A stretch of DNA of 63,750 nucleotides, the filler included, from Hyphochytrium catenoides (taxonomy: Eukaryota; Protista; Hyphochytriomycota), in assembly GCA_900088475.1 (NCBI GenBank). It is 8 parts of 8 records of this genome, joined end to end, with 100 filler letters (N's around TTAATTAATTAA, not from the genome) between each part and the next. Parts side by side here need not be neighbours in the genome. Positions count along the whole stretch, not along the records: positions 1 to 14,535 come from FLMG01004540.1; positions 14,636 to 17,593 come from FLMG01001761.1; positions 17,694 to 34,450 come from FLMG01002294.1; 5 more parts are not named here. One strand, 5' to 3'. The notes beneath the pieces are model-generated. The model saw only the letters and a list, made by a program, of their open reading frames with translations. It had not been told where the DNA came from and made no database searches. Both the position numbers and the translations under genes were made by a program. Below are positions 9,904-22,861 of the stretch, in pieces (the first letter of the stretch is position 1; the number at the start of each line of letters is the position of its first letter).

Positions 9904-12770
9904 CTATTCTCTCTCCACTGTTACCGATGACGGACACGGAGAGCAGTGTATGTCCGCGACGACATGATCAACACGTGGTGCGTAGGACTTGACGCGCTCC
10001 AGATGCCGACATTCCACGTCATAGAGCTTACCCAGGCGCTCAGCTATCTGCTTCAACTGGGAGACTACATAGTCAACCCTATAGAAAGAGGAAAGGTCGC
10101 CAAGGAGAAGCGCGTCAGACTGAGAGCAAAGAGAGAATTAATGGCTGGCCTTGGCATAGGAAAGATGAAAGTTCTCCAAACTTTGGCGGCAGTCAAAATA
10201 AAGGAACAAGCGTTAGGTAGACGAACAGAGGAACAGAAGTTTATAGAGCTAAATAACTTGGACTGCCGGCCTCACCACTCCTTCCGCTTCTCCTCTAGCA
10301 CATTCTCGTGCACGTGCAGCCAGCCTCCTTCTCGCTTCAACATATACATTGCTCCCTCCCATCCGCCTTCACTCGACGGCAGAAGCCCGAGGTTGATCCT
10401 GTCTGCCACATCAGGGAGTGCGCGATGGGTCACTCGATTGTCCCCAGGATGCACCTTCCAGGAGCAACGTCAGATGAAGACAGAGGAGCAGTGTGCCGAG
10501 TGAGAAAGAGAAAGTCAAAGAAAGAGTTGGACTAGGAAGGAATGTGGAACGGTCAAGCAAGGAAAAGGATGGGCGAGAGAGAAGAGTTACGAGAGTGATG
10601 AGATGGCTAATTAATCAGAGTAACGACAGGAGAGAGAGAGAGAGAGAGGAAAGAGAATGGAGAAAGTACATGGCCGAGGGACGAAACAAGGAGCTCCTTA
10701 TAAGTGGGAGAGGGCCACACCGTGCATCTGTCATCCACTCCATTCTGCTTTAGATTATGCCGAAGGGCAAGCAGAGAGTCCTCATTCCACTCTAGCGCAT
10801 GCACGTGCGCCGCCCGTCCGTGCACCAGGAAGGGCAGGACATAGTAGCCGATCCCAGCGTACATGTCCACAACCACCTCCTCGGCGCTTCCTGAGGAGAA
10901 ACACGAGATGACAAGTCATTAACCGATCCAAGAGAAGCAACCAAGGAGACAGGGAGGAGAGAGACACATCACATTAGTAGACGAGTTCGCCCAAGAGGAG
11001 GTTAGAAAACAGAGCAAGATCTCTTATCGTGTGTTTGTGTGGCAAAAGAAGGTAGAGCTTGTGGAGTTGAGAAGGCAGTGCGGAACAGTAGCAGCGACAG
11101 GCAGGCGCTACAAGCGATGGAGACGCGTACAGAGGAGGGTGAGAGAGGGCAATGGTACCTATAAGTCCCATCCTTTTCTTCTCTGTGACGTTGCCCGAAG
11201 AGAACATGACCTTCGTGATGTCAAAGCTATAGACCAAACTATTCTCTCTCACGTCCACCCAACCTCTGTCTGGCCTACTCCTCGCTTTCCGTCTCGCCCT
11301 CTCTTCCTCTGTCTCGTAAAGCAGAGACACCAGACTTCTTCTCTTGCTCCCAGGGTCGATCACGGACTTACGAGCAACTCGCGTCACTCTGGCCGCTTCC
11401 GCGATACACTGCCAAAGTGCCTGTTCCACTCTCTTCCATTCCTCCTCCTTAAAGGCATCCTGGTCACACAAAGAGTATAGAGAGGTACGTTAGAACGGGA
11501 AGAGTCCACGGCAACACGGAAGAGTGAAAGGCACATGAGTTTGAAAGGTAATAGAAGAGCTGGTCCCAAAAGGAGAATAGAGAGAAAGAGATAGAGAAAG
11601 AGAAAGGGACGAACTGGCCAAGTAGGAGGTTCAAGGAGAAGGAAGTAAGAGGCAAATGGCAGCCGAAAGGAGGAGTGCAACTCTACCATCGGGACCATCA
11701 GCACGTCGGCTACCATCTCCCATTTTTTAGGGATGCTGGCCAGCAAGCTAGGAGGCAACTTCTGGGTTTCAACCAGGCGTCTCAGTGCGGAGTTTATCCT
11801 CTCTCCAACGCCTGCAGCTCCGCTTCTCTCTCCAGCACTGGGTGGAAGAGAGGCGCTGCGTTTGAAGCCGCAAATGCTCTCAACGAGGTCGGGCCCGAGG
11901 ATCTGTGAGTAACATGAGGAAGAAAGGAGAGAGAAAAAGCAAAGTTTGAAGACAGCATGCAGTGGTTAGATGTAAAGAAAAAAAAGGTCGGACAGACTCT
12001 CATTCGAAGAGATAGGTTCATGCGCCAGAGAGACGATTGAGAGTCAAAGTGACAGCAGGGAAAGCGTCGAAGAAGGTCAGCAGTCTTGCCACCCAGAGCA
12101 ATCGCGTAAGGGAAAGAGGCTAAGGCGTGTAGAGACTCCAGAGATTCCTTGAGAACAGAAACCTTGGCCACCGCGTCGCGGTCATCCTCAAGCATCTGTA
12201 GCAGTGTTTTATGCACAGGAACGGCATATAGCTGCTCCTCTCTTCCTTCTTTGCTTGCATTCCCTTCTTCCTGCTGCCGAATGGAATACAAGCTCAGCCC
12301 GGGGGTATGGAGAGCGCTAGTAAGAGGAAGAGAGAAACAGGAAGAAGGAAGCTAGAGAACTGAACAGGCGAGGAGAGAGAGAGAGAGAAAGAGAGGTGTG
12401 AGAGAGAAGCAGGTTTAAAAGGGGCGGAGAGAGCGAGAGAGAGAGAGAGCGAGAGGTATCTCACCTTTGTTTGTTCCGCTTGGGGCGCAATCTTTCTCTT
12501 TTTGTCATAAAAGCCAGCGGTGGTTAGCGCTGTTTTAATCTTCTTCACCTCTTTTCGACTGGCGAGAATGACAGGTCCCTCTCTCTCTTGATCTCGTTTT
12601 GACGTCAGTCTTTGCTCCATTCTCTCTTTCTCCATCGGGTCCCTTTCCCATGGCTTGTCTGGTCTTTGCTGTCCGCTATGGGCTTGCTGTTCTTTCGCAG
12701 GGTGCATCTCACCAAAGAGGCTCTGGACCTAGAGAAGTCCAAGAGGCAGAGAGAGCGAGTGTGTGTGTGT

Positions 12771-12802
<32 letters not shown>

Positions 12803-14498
12803 GGAGAGAGAGAGACAGAGAGACAGAGAGAGAGAGAGAGAGAGACAGAGAGAGAGAGAGAAAGAGAGACGAGAATGAGAGAGGCGAAAGTGGGAGAGAA
12901 AAGGAAAGATTGAAAGGGAGGGGTTACATTGGTAGAAGTAAACGACTAGTCAGGAAGAGAAATGAGACCCGACGAGAAGAAGGCAGAGAAATAAGTCATA
13001 GTTTTTCATAGAAGGAGAGAGGCATAAGAAAGACTCACCCTCAAGAGAGCGAGAGGACTATAGACTGAGCCGAAGGCAAAGCAACAGGCACCGCCGCCGA
13101 GGGAGAGAAGAAGTTTCGTGTTGTCTCCTCTTTCGACTAAGTGCAAACTGTGCCCAGTCAGGAGTGTCCTCTCCTTCAGCTCCTTCTCTTCCTTGGCCGA
13201 AAGGAGGGGACGCCAAGAGAGAGATAGTCTTTCTCTCTCTTTCCCATCTGTTTTGTCTCCGAACTCAAGTGCAAACAGTGAGCTCACGTCCTCCACTCCT
13301 CTCACTCCTCCCGTCATAACGGCCAGTCTAGAGGTGAGAGGGGTAAAAGTATGGCAGGAGAGAGGCCTTGGGACATAGCCTGAGACATCAGGAGTCGACC
13401 AGTGTCTCGCCTCTGGGATGAAGATGAAAAAAGAGGGAAAGGACAGAAGAGAGATTGAGCAAGTGCAACTCTCTCTCTAATGCTTTTCGAAAGCGGCTTC
13501 ACAACTTCTCCTTTTTCACACTTCTCTCTTGTTTGTCCGATGTTTATCTCTCTGTCCCTCTCTCTCTCTCTGTCTCTCTCTCTATCTGTCTCTCTCTCTC
13601 TCTGACTCTCTCTCTCTCTCTCTCTCTCTTTCTTCAGGTGCCCTGTGGGGCTTTCTTGGTCTCCCAAGTCTAGCGCCTGCTGCGTAGAGGTCTCTCACCT
13701 AAGTCAAAGACCTCAAGCTTGCCTGTGGGCTCGGTGCTGCTGACCTCTTCCATCCCGCCGAAGATGACCAGAGACTGGGAATCCTTCACCCAAAGCGAGG
13801 AATGAGAGAAGCGAGAAATAGAAGAACCTTCAAAGAGAAGGAAGAGACACCGAAAGCGTTAGGAGGGAGCAAGAGAGAGAGAGAGAGAATAAAGAAGAAT
13901 GACATCGAGATGGGTGAGCGGAGAGAGAGGGAGAGGACGGAGGAGACAGAGAAGACAGAGAGAGACACAGAGAGAGAAAAGAGCGAGAAAAAGAGAGAGA
14001 GCGAGGAGTGAGACGGAGAGGGAGAGACAGAGGGAGAGGGAGAGAAAGAAACGTAAGTGTTCTATTTGGAAAGCAGGAAAACGGCGAGAAGATTAACAAA
14101 GTCTAAGAGGAACAACTGTTAACGTTACCGAAAGTGTTTGATGCTGAAGAACGAGGAAGACTGTCAAGATGCAAGGTATTTAAGCTGGAAATGTCTAGAT
14201 TGAGAGAGAGATTGAGAGAGAGATTGAGAGAGAGATTGAGAGAGAGAGAGAGAGATTGAGAGAGAGAGAGAGCGAGAGAGCGAGAGAGCGAGAGAGAGAG
14301 AGAGCGAGAGAGAGAGAGAGAGTGAGAGAGAGAAGAAAACAGAACCTTATTTCCGCCTACCTGGTAGTGCTTCCCACTCTGCTCGGGGAAGAGATGAAGG
14401 ACTCTCTTTGGTGATCTTCAGGAGGAAGAGATCATTGAAGACCTGTTCCGCGTCTCTCCCTCCATGTAGTAGCACTACGCTAGGACCACAGCCTTCAT
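9904..14498 (-). CDS. tRNA wybutosine-synthesising fusion protein: TYW4-type kelch repeats + TYW2/Trm12 SAM-dependent domain (5' part cut by contig end)
   Basis: Kelch exons VLLHGGRD, RFSHS..LVIFGG, SCHT..VMTGG, GHS..LGGGACCFAFGS. TYW2 exons IPKKWEMVAD, GWVDVRENSLVYSFDITKVMFSSGNVTEK, VDMYAGIGYYVLPFL, ADRINLGLLPSS, GGWLHVHENV, VKSYAPRVDHVVAD. Stop TAG 9906-9904. Confidence 0.9.
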
Positions 14499-14535
14499 CT
14501 AGGGAGAGCAAGCAGAGACAGGATGCGATCGATCG

Positions 14536-14635
14536 NNNNNNNNNNNNNNNNNNNNNNNNNNNNNNNNNNNNNNNNNNNNTTAATTAATTAANNNNNNNNN
14601 NNNNNNNNNNNNNNNNNNNNNNNNNNNNNNNNNNN
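14536..14635. other. Artificial contig spacer
   Basis: 44 N + TTAATTAATTAA (stops in all six frames) + 44 N. Confidence 0.98.
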
Positions 14636-14983
14636 CTTCGTCTCGTATCCGTACTGTCCACCAAAACATGCAATGATTCTCGTAGTAAAACGCTTCTTCG
14701 CTGTAGAACGCGCGAAATCGTGGTGATAGGGCAATGGCGGGAGGCAAAGAAGCTGCCTGCCCAAAGAGCTGGTCAGGATGACCGGAAACTCTCCGTAGTC
14801 AGCACCTATTAGTCACGAAGAGAGAGAGAGACACACGTACGGATTGGTCTTAGTAGTGGCTGGAAACCTCCTTCTTTTCTAGTTTCGTGGTCCCTCTTCG
14901 TAGGTGCTCCCTGTTGCTTGCTTGCTTTCCTTTCTCTTTCTAACAAGCTCTTTTTTCTCTCTCTCTCTCACACACACACTCTT

Positions 14984-15016
<33 letters not shown>

Positions 15017-16433
15017 CTGCACGCTTTTTGTGGGTGGGTGTTCTGTCTCGTTTTGTTCTTCTAGTGGTATCTCTTCGTGTCGTTCGCTTTCTGATTCCCC
15101 CTGTTTTGCCCTGTCTCTGATAGTAATGGAAACCAAGATCGTAGCGTGCCTACCTAGCTCCTCAGAGTATTAGGAAGATTCCAGCTCTTCAGTCTGTCTG
15201 ATGGCAGTTCTCCCATAGATCTGACTCCTCATCACCACGCATGCCATCCATCCCACACCGGGACCAAAGCTTCAAGAATAGAGAGACAAGCTCCTCCCTG
15301 TCTCTAGAATGAGGTCTGAATAATAGGACAGAGATCATCAGACAGACAGAGCAAGGGAAGAAGCCTTGCGCGCCGTCGGATCCCCCTCCACCGCCGCCGG
15401 AAACAGAACCGCTAACCGCTAATAACAAAATTAGCTGTTAACCGCTAGGATAAGATGCTGTACACCGAGCACAAAGCGTACAACTACAGAGAAATCATAA
15501 TAAAATCACAGACGAAGCTTAATCCAATTACTATATGGTGCTTGAGTTTGATTACTTCATCTGGGTGTTCTGATTAATTGAAAAACCGTGATGCGCGGAG
15601 CCTCAACTGTGATCGCCTTCACTGTAGAAATGTATGGAATCTCTTTGAAATCTGGAGCTCTTTGTCTGCAGTCGTACAGTCTCTGCTTCGCTGGGCATCG
15701 ACCGCAGATGAGGACTCTGGACAGTATGTGTACCTTAGCCATGTACCTGCCTACCTTCGACCTTAGCCCCTTCCTCGTTCGTGAAGAACGTAAGGAGAGA
15801 TCGCGGTGTTGGCGAGGATGAGACCGAGCCCTCGTGCTTGGCGGTCTAGACATTAGCGGGCGACCTCTATTACTCTTAGAATTTATGTATGGAGCGTCAC
15901 AAGGCTGCGCTATCGCCCTGAATTTACCGGACTCGTGGGGTTGTCGATACATCGTTAAGGCCTGAAGAACATCCGCTGCAATAGATGCTCTCCGCGGGAA
16001 TAGTGCCTGCCCCTGTGAAGGTCTACGAGTCGTTCATCTTGCTTTCAGCCTTAGGACACCCTCAGGCACACAGATAAAGTGGGCCCGGGCAAGCTCAATC
16101 GCTATAAAGATGTAGACACGTGTTAGTGGCTCCTAGTACCGTCTGAGGCTCATTCTGGTTTAAAAGCTTAGCGACCCCGCTTTCAGCAGCAGCACGAGTA
16201 ACGTGATTTGCTAATGTCACTTGATCCGCCATCCTCGGTTATCGAGGACATGACAGATAGCCAGTGGCGCTTCCTCTCTGTTGCGCATATCTTTCACTCC
16301 CGCCTCAAGCCATCCTGGTTTAGCACCAGCCGCAATCACTGCTCTTGCTTGTTGACTGTCGGACTTTATGGATACAGCTCTCTTTCCCACAGGACCTGAT
16401 CGCTAGTCTGGACCATTTCCTCCACATTGTAAT

Positions 16434-17420
16434 CTAGTGATCTACACTGTTTCCTCTCCTGGCAGTGCGATCTGTCGCTCCTTGGGATTTCCCTGTCTCG
16501 CGTCCTTTTAGCGCTACGTTGTCAAGTCTACCGCGAGATTCCTCTAACCGTCTAAGAAGGAAATCCCTTGCGTAGACATAGCGTTCATCCTCTGGCGACC
16601 TTGGCTTGCAGATGTCCATGTGGTTGGCATCAGCGATCAGATGGAACTCGCCCACGCCTAGGGACCAGTGGAAATGAGGGAGGAAGACATAAATGAGACC
16701 GTTGTCCAGTTAGTATGTAGCACTAAGCTTCTGTCTTGCTCTGTTGCTTACCCGGCTCGGCGGAGGACGGAGAGACTATCACAGTCCGCAGCCCATAGGC
16801 GATTTGGCTCTTTGCTCCTGCAAGATAGGGAGTGCCATACTGAGTGCCTCTAAACTAATAAATGCCCGCGCTTCAGCGATGGTCTTTGCGCTGCCTCTCG
16901 TACCTTCTGCCAGACTGAGCACTTTCTCACCAAAAAAGTGCTGTCTAAAGCTGCTGTTCAAAGCTGCCAGCTCGGGAGAGTTTGAGTGAAGGTCTACCGT
17001 CTGTCTCACCAGCAGCAAACAGGCAGAAGACACCTTAGTACTGAGTGCTGACAGGCCCTAGAACGTTGAAAAAGAATGGGAAAGGCTAGGAAAAGCAACG
17101 AAGATAAAGGACAAAGATGAGGTCCTTACATGAGGGTGCACGCCCAAGAGAGAAAGAACTTTGATGTCCTTCGCTGAATGGATATTTCCGCCAAGATGGG
17201 GCGTCGCATAGAAAACAACTGCTTCAATATTCTCGAGGAGGTTGGACAGGGCAGCAAGGAGGGCTGGATCTCCTTCCTCCTCTCCACTTATTCCGCTCTT
17301 TGCCTGCTGCACGGCGCGCGCTGCAATATCAATCATCTCCTTGCAGATGATGCCGCCCATGCTGTGCGTGAGGAACACGACTTTGCGCCCTTCTTGTCCG
17401 ACACCAGCCCTCAACAAGCT
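16434..17420 (-). CDS. SERAC1-like alpha/beta hydrolase, 3' exons only
   Basis: Exons 17420-17130, 17000-16904, ~16817-16752, ~16657-16434. AGVG..KVVFLTHSMGGIICK, VVFYATPHLG, L..NSPEL..LN..F, VIVSPSSAEPG|VGEF, NHMDICKP. Confidence 0.88.
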
Positions 17421-17593
17421 CTGGTAAAGGACGCCGCGGTCAGAACAGAGGAGCGGGATTGAACCAGGAAAGTAAGGTCTAGACGGTGGCACGGGGGCGA
17501 AGGAAGATGGTAAGGAAGCAGGCAGAGAGTAGCAGTAGGGAGGCTTGTGTGGTAAAGATGAGACGGTGGCCTAGAAGTGCAAAAGAAGAGATA

Positions 17594-17693
17594 NNNNNNN
17601 NNNNNNNNNNNNNNNNNNNNNNNNNNNNNNNNNNNNNTTAATTAATTAANNNNNNNNNNNNNNNNNNNNNNNNNNNNNNNNNNNNNNNNNNNN
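17594..17693. other. Artificial contig spacer
   Basis: 44 N + TTAATTAATTAA + 44 N. Confidence 0.98.
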
Positions 17694-17899
17694 CATTGAG
17701 CAGGTGAGCCAGTATAATGCTAAAGAGTATAGAGGAGCACAAACCATAGAGAGAAAAAGACGGTAAGAGACGAACGCAGAGAAGCATGCACCACGGAACG
17801 CACAAAAGATTACCAACAGACAGGGACAGTGCTTAACAAAAACACGAGAAAGGAGAGAGAGAAAGGATAATTGAAAGCAAAAGAGTGAGCTTAAGGTAC

Positions 17900-18711
17900 C
17901 TTCTACGTGAGGATGCCCGCTGTTTACCAATTCAAGCGTTGTGCTCCACGCTTTTTCAAAGAAAGCCAAGGCCTGCAAACGGGAACAACGTTGTCCTCAG
18001 TAAGACCCAGGTGGGGAAGCATATCAACCAAAGAATACCGACAAGAACGGGCCCTTGGGAGCGCGAGAGAGTAGAGAAGGTAACGGTAGACAGTATTGCA
18101 GTCCCAGCGTAGTGAGCGGTGTGGATCATTACCTTTCTTCGTGCCCGTACTTCGTCTGTTCCTGGATTGCTTCCCATCTGCAGCATTATCTCGCCCAGCT
18201 GGAAGTGAAGCTGAGCCATACCATATGGATCCGAGAGAGAGCGAAAAAGCTCCAGGCCCTACAAAGGGAGGCGATACGATGGAATCGGTAAAGAGAAGAG
18301 TTAGCAAAGCAAAGCAAGTTACGACTCCGTACCAAGGTACTATCTCTTCAGAATCAACACCATTTAGCTAAAAATGGGATCAGAGCCGCGTGAGAGAATG
18401 CTTTCGAGAAAAAGGCAAGAGAGGGAGACAGTAAAGGGCATATGACAAGGTCTTCAAGACTTAGAGCGCTACCTGTTTGCAATGCTGAGCGGCCTTTGTA
18501 AGTCTGCAGGTGTTCTCATAGAACTCTCCAAGAGAGAAGTAGGCAGTCCGGAGGGAGCGAAGGGGCTCGATGTGGCTGAGAATGGATGCATATATTTGGA
18601 AACCCTACGTCAATGAGAGAGAATAGAGGATGTGAGGGAGCAAAGAGTGAGGAAATGGAAATAGGAACAGTGCATCATTTGGGTAAGGGGATAGGAGACA
18701 TAGAGGGAAGA

Positions 18712-18758
<47 letters not shown>

Positions 18759-21700
18759 CTTGCGTAGGGAGACCGGATACAGACCAGATATAAAAGGGCT
18801 CCCAAACATAAGCGGTGGGTGAACCAACCTTGAGACATAGAAAGAAGGAATGCAAGAATGGCAAACGAGAGAGAATGAGAGAGGAGAGGTCGAGAAGGAT
18901 ATCATGAAAAGGTCATCTTTACGCACATGCAACCTAACCGCTGGCTCCTTCCCTTCCCTGTCTACGCCCTTCCAATTGGAAAGACCGTTGATCAATAGTT
19001 TGATGCAATAGTTCCAGTTAGTCTCTGGGTCGCAGGAGAGACCTGAGGCCTCCACCTGAGCCAACGGAGAGATCCAGGAGGGGAGCGACACTCCAGACAA
19101 CCAAGGTACAAGCCCCTCTGTCGGTACTTGTTCCTCTCCTTCTTTCTCTTCAACTGGGTGCTGAAAGATAGAGAACGATGATATCTCGTCTGAGTAATCT
19201 GCTCTCAGCGAGGGAAGACAGTCTGCCGTCGCCCACGATGCTAAGGATCCAAACACCAAGGCCGTCAGAGCGATGGCCTCGCTCTGCAAAGTAAACCCAT
19301 CCGCGAAACAGATGCCTCCTGCTTCGTACGAGTCTCCTCCTTGTTCTGCCGTGCTCTGTCTAGATGACGCTACGAGCGCTAGGGAGGGGTGCGGGGTTCT
19401 TTGTTCCGTTGCCTCCTTCTCTTTCTCTTCCTCAGCTTGGACAAGAGAGATAAGACGACAGAGGATTTGAATGGCGGCAAGAGCTTTACCCAGCCGTAGA
19501 GAGGAGAGAAACAGTCGAGAGAGAAGTAGGAGCGCATAGCCTGCCTCTCTCAGCACTTGAAGTCTGAGAGTCTGGGTTGAGACTCTAGTAACCTTTGACA
19601 CTGGGCGTAGGAGAGAAGACCAAACCAAGGATGCTGACGTTAGAGAAGAGTCCACGGGTGTACGATTTAGGAGAAGCTTGAACTGGACGAAGCTAGTAGG
19701 AACATGAAAGGGGAGATAAGTAAAAAATAGCGATGAAAACCAAGAGAGAATGGGGAACACGCACAGGCAGAGAGAGAGAGAGAAAGAGTGTCGGAGCGCA
19801 GAAAGGGAGAGTAAAAGCATGGACAAGATAACCTTCCGCTCCATTCCCGTCCTTTAACACGTCGAGGGTCAGAAGAAGATGACCGATTGATTTTCTGATA
19901 TCTTCTTCCATGTGCACTTCCTCGTCCAGAGGCGGTGGCGGCTCCATACAACCTCCTTTTCTTTCATCCAGTCCTTCTTGCTCAACCCTCTCACCCTTCC
20001 CCTTTCTAAGCTTCTTAAGCTTCGAAGAGTAGGCGGCCTCACAGCTCTGGGAGTCCCAGACAGGACTGAGTTGGTCTGAAGGGGGAGAGGCGTGCCGACA
20101 AATGTAGAGACGCGCCAACTGCAGCTAAAGGAGATGAAGAGGGTCAGTAGAACGGGCAGTAACGCCTATAGACTCCACAGCTAGGAACTGGAGCTTGACA
20201 AGGACCAGGATAAAAGAAGACCCAACCAAAGGAGGAAGAGGAGACGCCGAAAATGCACAAGCTCCGTTCCTCGACAGGCAGCATTGTCCTACCTGGGCCC
20301 TAGTCCAGATCAGGACGTTATCATAGGGAGGAAGGAGCGCGAGGCACTTCTCATATAAGTTCTTGCAGCGCTCGATGGAAGGAGAGGAGAGAGGGAGAGC
20401 AGAGGCTCTAAACGACGAACTGAATAGCTGCTCGGCCAAGCGGAAGCATAGTAGCGCAACCGAGGAGTCGAAGATAGTGCGGCGTGTGGTCCGTGAACTA
20501 CCTTGTCGCACTTCTTTCATTCCTGTGACCTGGCATGCAGTGGGAGGTGTGGAGAGGCAGTGGCAAGATGCAGTGGGAGGACCTGTCAGGGATCTTTTGC
20601 AAGGTACCGCGATAGAGAGGCAGGTTGAGCAGCGACAGAAGAGAGAGCCAGCAATTGGTATGGAGAGATTTTCATGCCAAACGGAAAGAAGAATTGTACC
20701 TGAAAGAGCTCCAGTGTCTTGCTGTCTCTTCCCTTTGTAAGCCAGTAAGTCGCTGCCTCTTCCGTGCAGTTTTCCCTTATAAACCTAAGAATAGAGCAAC
20801 CGGCCTCCAAGACCGCGCGTGCGTCAAAGGCGGGCGCGTAGTCCTTCTCTTTTGTTCGAGGAGGTAAAAAGGCTTAGAGGCCATCAGACGGATTGAAGCT
20901 AACTGGGCATACCTGCGGGGACTCCAGGCAAGTCCTCGGTGCTGAGGAGACGATAGCCTCTGACAGTGCCTTCAGAATGCAAGCAGAGAGCGGTGCGAGG
21001 CACTCCGCCCATCAAATTTTCCAGCCAGAGATCCAATAGAGTGAGAGGCCCCAGCTCTGGAAAACAAAGACAAGAGATGTACAGAGCGCGCGAGAGAGAA
21101 AGAGGGAGAGAACAGAGAGAGAGAGAGAGAGAGCAAAAGGGGACAGGGAGGAGGATAAGTTTGAGGGAGAGAGTAAAGGAGTCAAAGGCATAAGTTACTC
21201 TAACGAACTCTTTCTGTGGCTCTCTGGCTGTCGTCTCTGACTGTCCTAGACATGTCGCACCCTCTTCCAGAACGTCAATTTTTGTCTTCTTGTTACCCAT
21301 CCAGGCACCTCACTTCTGATCATCAGTGATAGCAACAATAGCTTCTTTCCCGTACCTTCGTTGACATCATGGAGAGCAATGCTAATGGGTCCTCCTCCGT
21401 CCTGGGGCTGGAACACCACGGAGTCGCTGCCCAGCAGAAGAGACAAATCGCTTAGCTGCCAACGGAGAACGCGCTGAAAGGAGGATGAGGACGTCGGTTG
21501 GATCTCCATCGCGGCTTTTCGAATTGGAGAGAATGGAGAGAGCTGATCGTGGCCTAGAGGTTGCATACAAACAAGTGGGAGCAAGGGCAAGCGAATCGAA
21601 GAGGAGATAGCAAGTCAGACTGATAGCTCCGGAACAGAGCTGCAGCTCTCTTTTTCTCTCTCTCTCTGTCTCGCTTCGCTCCATCCGGTACTTTCCGTAC

Positions 21701-22830
21701 CAACCCAACCCTTTGGCTTGGAGTCTGTCTATCTCAAGCTCCGCCTTTCTTCCTCTTCTCTCTTCCCTTCTCCCTTTTATCTCCTTCAGTGCGGTGACCC
21801 CTCCATCATTTGGGAAATCTCCTGCCCCTGTTTAGATATTTCCTACGGTCACCGCTCTCTCTCCTTGTCTCCATATCTTAACAATCCGCCTCTCGGCCTT
21901 ACTCCACTCTCCGACCCACTCACGTTCTAAGGCCACAATGTCTCCAGTCAAGCCGCGAGGATCCTCCGAGATCTGAGAGAGAGTAAGAGTGGACGAGGAA
22001 GAGGCGCTCGCGGAGAGAGAAGAAGCCGAATGTGATGGTTCACCCTGTCCCAGAGTGTGATAGAGGAACTTGGAGTACAAGGTCCTCCTTCTCTCGGTCC
22101 GCCTATTCTTCTTCTTGAGAGGAAGCTCCCGGACCAGGACAAAGATCTCTCCGGTGATAGGATCAAAGTTATCTTCCTCTTCCTCTTCGTCTTCCTCTTC
22201 ATAGTCGTCATACCTAGACGCCAGAGGAGAGAAGTGTCCTCTTTCTCTCTCTTCAATTCCTTGTGTCGCCACAGCATTTTGCCTTTCTTGCTCTGCTAAA
22301 GAGAAAGAAGCATGGGCCTTGTGATCTTCTCCATTGGTGAGGGGAGAGAGAGGCCCATTCAGGTCATGAGAGACGTGTGGCTTAGGTCTCAGTTCCTGTT
22401 CCTTCTTCTCCCTCCCTGAACCTCTTCTATATCTTTGGCGTATCTTCGCTGTCTCTTGGGAGTGAAAGGAGCCACGTGACCCTCCCGTAGCTCCTCCTCT
22501 CTCCTCTCTATAGCGAGCAGCTAGAGCTGCGCGCCGCTGCGCCTAAAAAGAGGCCAGCCGAAGTGGGAGAAGAAGGAGAGAAGAGAAGAAGGAGAGAAGG
22601 GAAATAGGAGAGAGAGATGTCAATAGCCTATCCTTATACTAATCTGGGGTTAGGTGAGAGGAAAGAAGGAGGAGAAACGACAGGTCTCGTGTGCACCCAA
22701 CAAATGATAAATCTCATGTGATCTGTTGCACCTTCCCCACCGCCCTACCTCTCCCTATTTTCCTGCTTTCTCTCTCTCTCTCTCNNNNNNNNNNNNNNNN
22801 NNNNNNNNNNNNNNNNNNNNNNNNNNNNNN

Positions 22831-22861
<31 letters not shown>

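Noticed and set aside
14127-14136. Extra ACCGAAAGT copy
   Set aside because: Coincides with a probable splice donor of the TYW gene on the minus strand, so not counted as regulatory.
2817-14330. Rule that intronic (CT)n always lies on the sense strand
   Set aside because: IPK and TYW introns contain both orientations.
17350-17375. THSMGG instead of GxSxG as a dead hydrolase
   Set aside because: First-position variation is usual in SERAC1-like proteins; the catalytic Ser and His motifs are intact.
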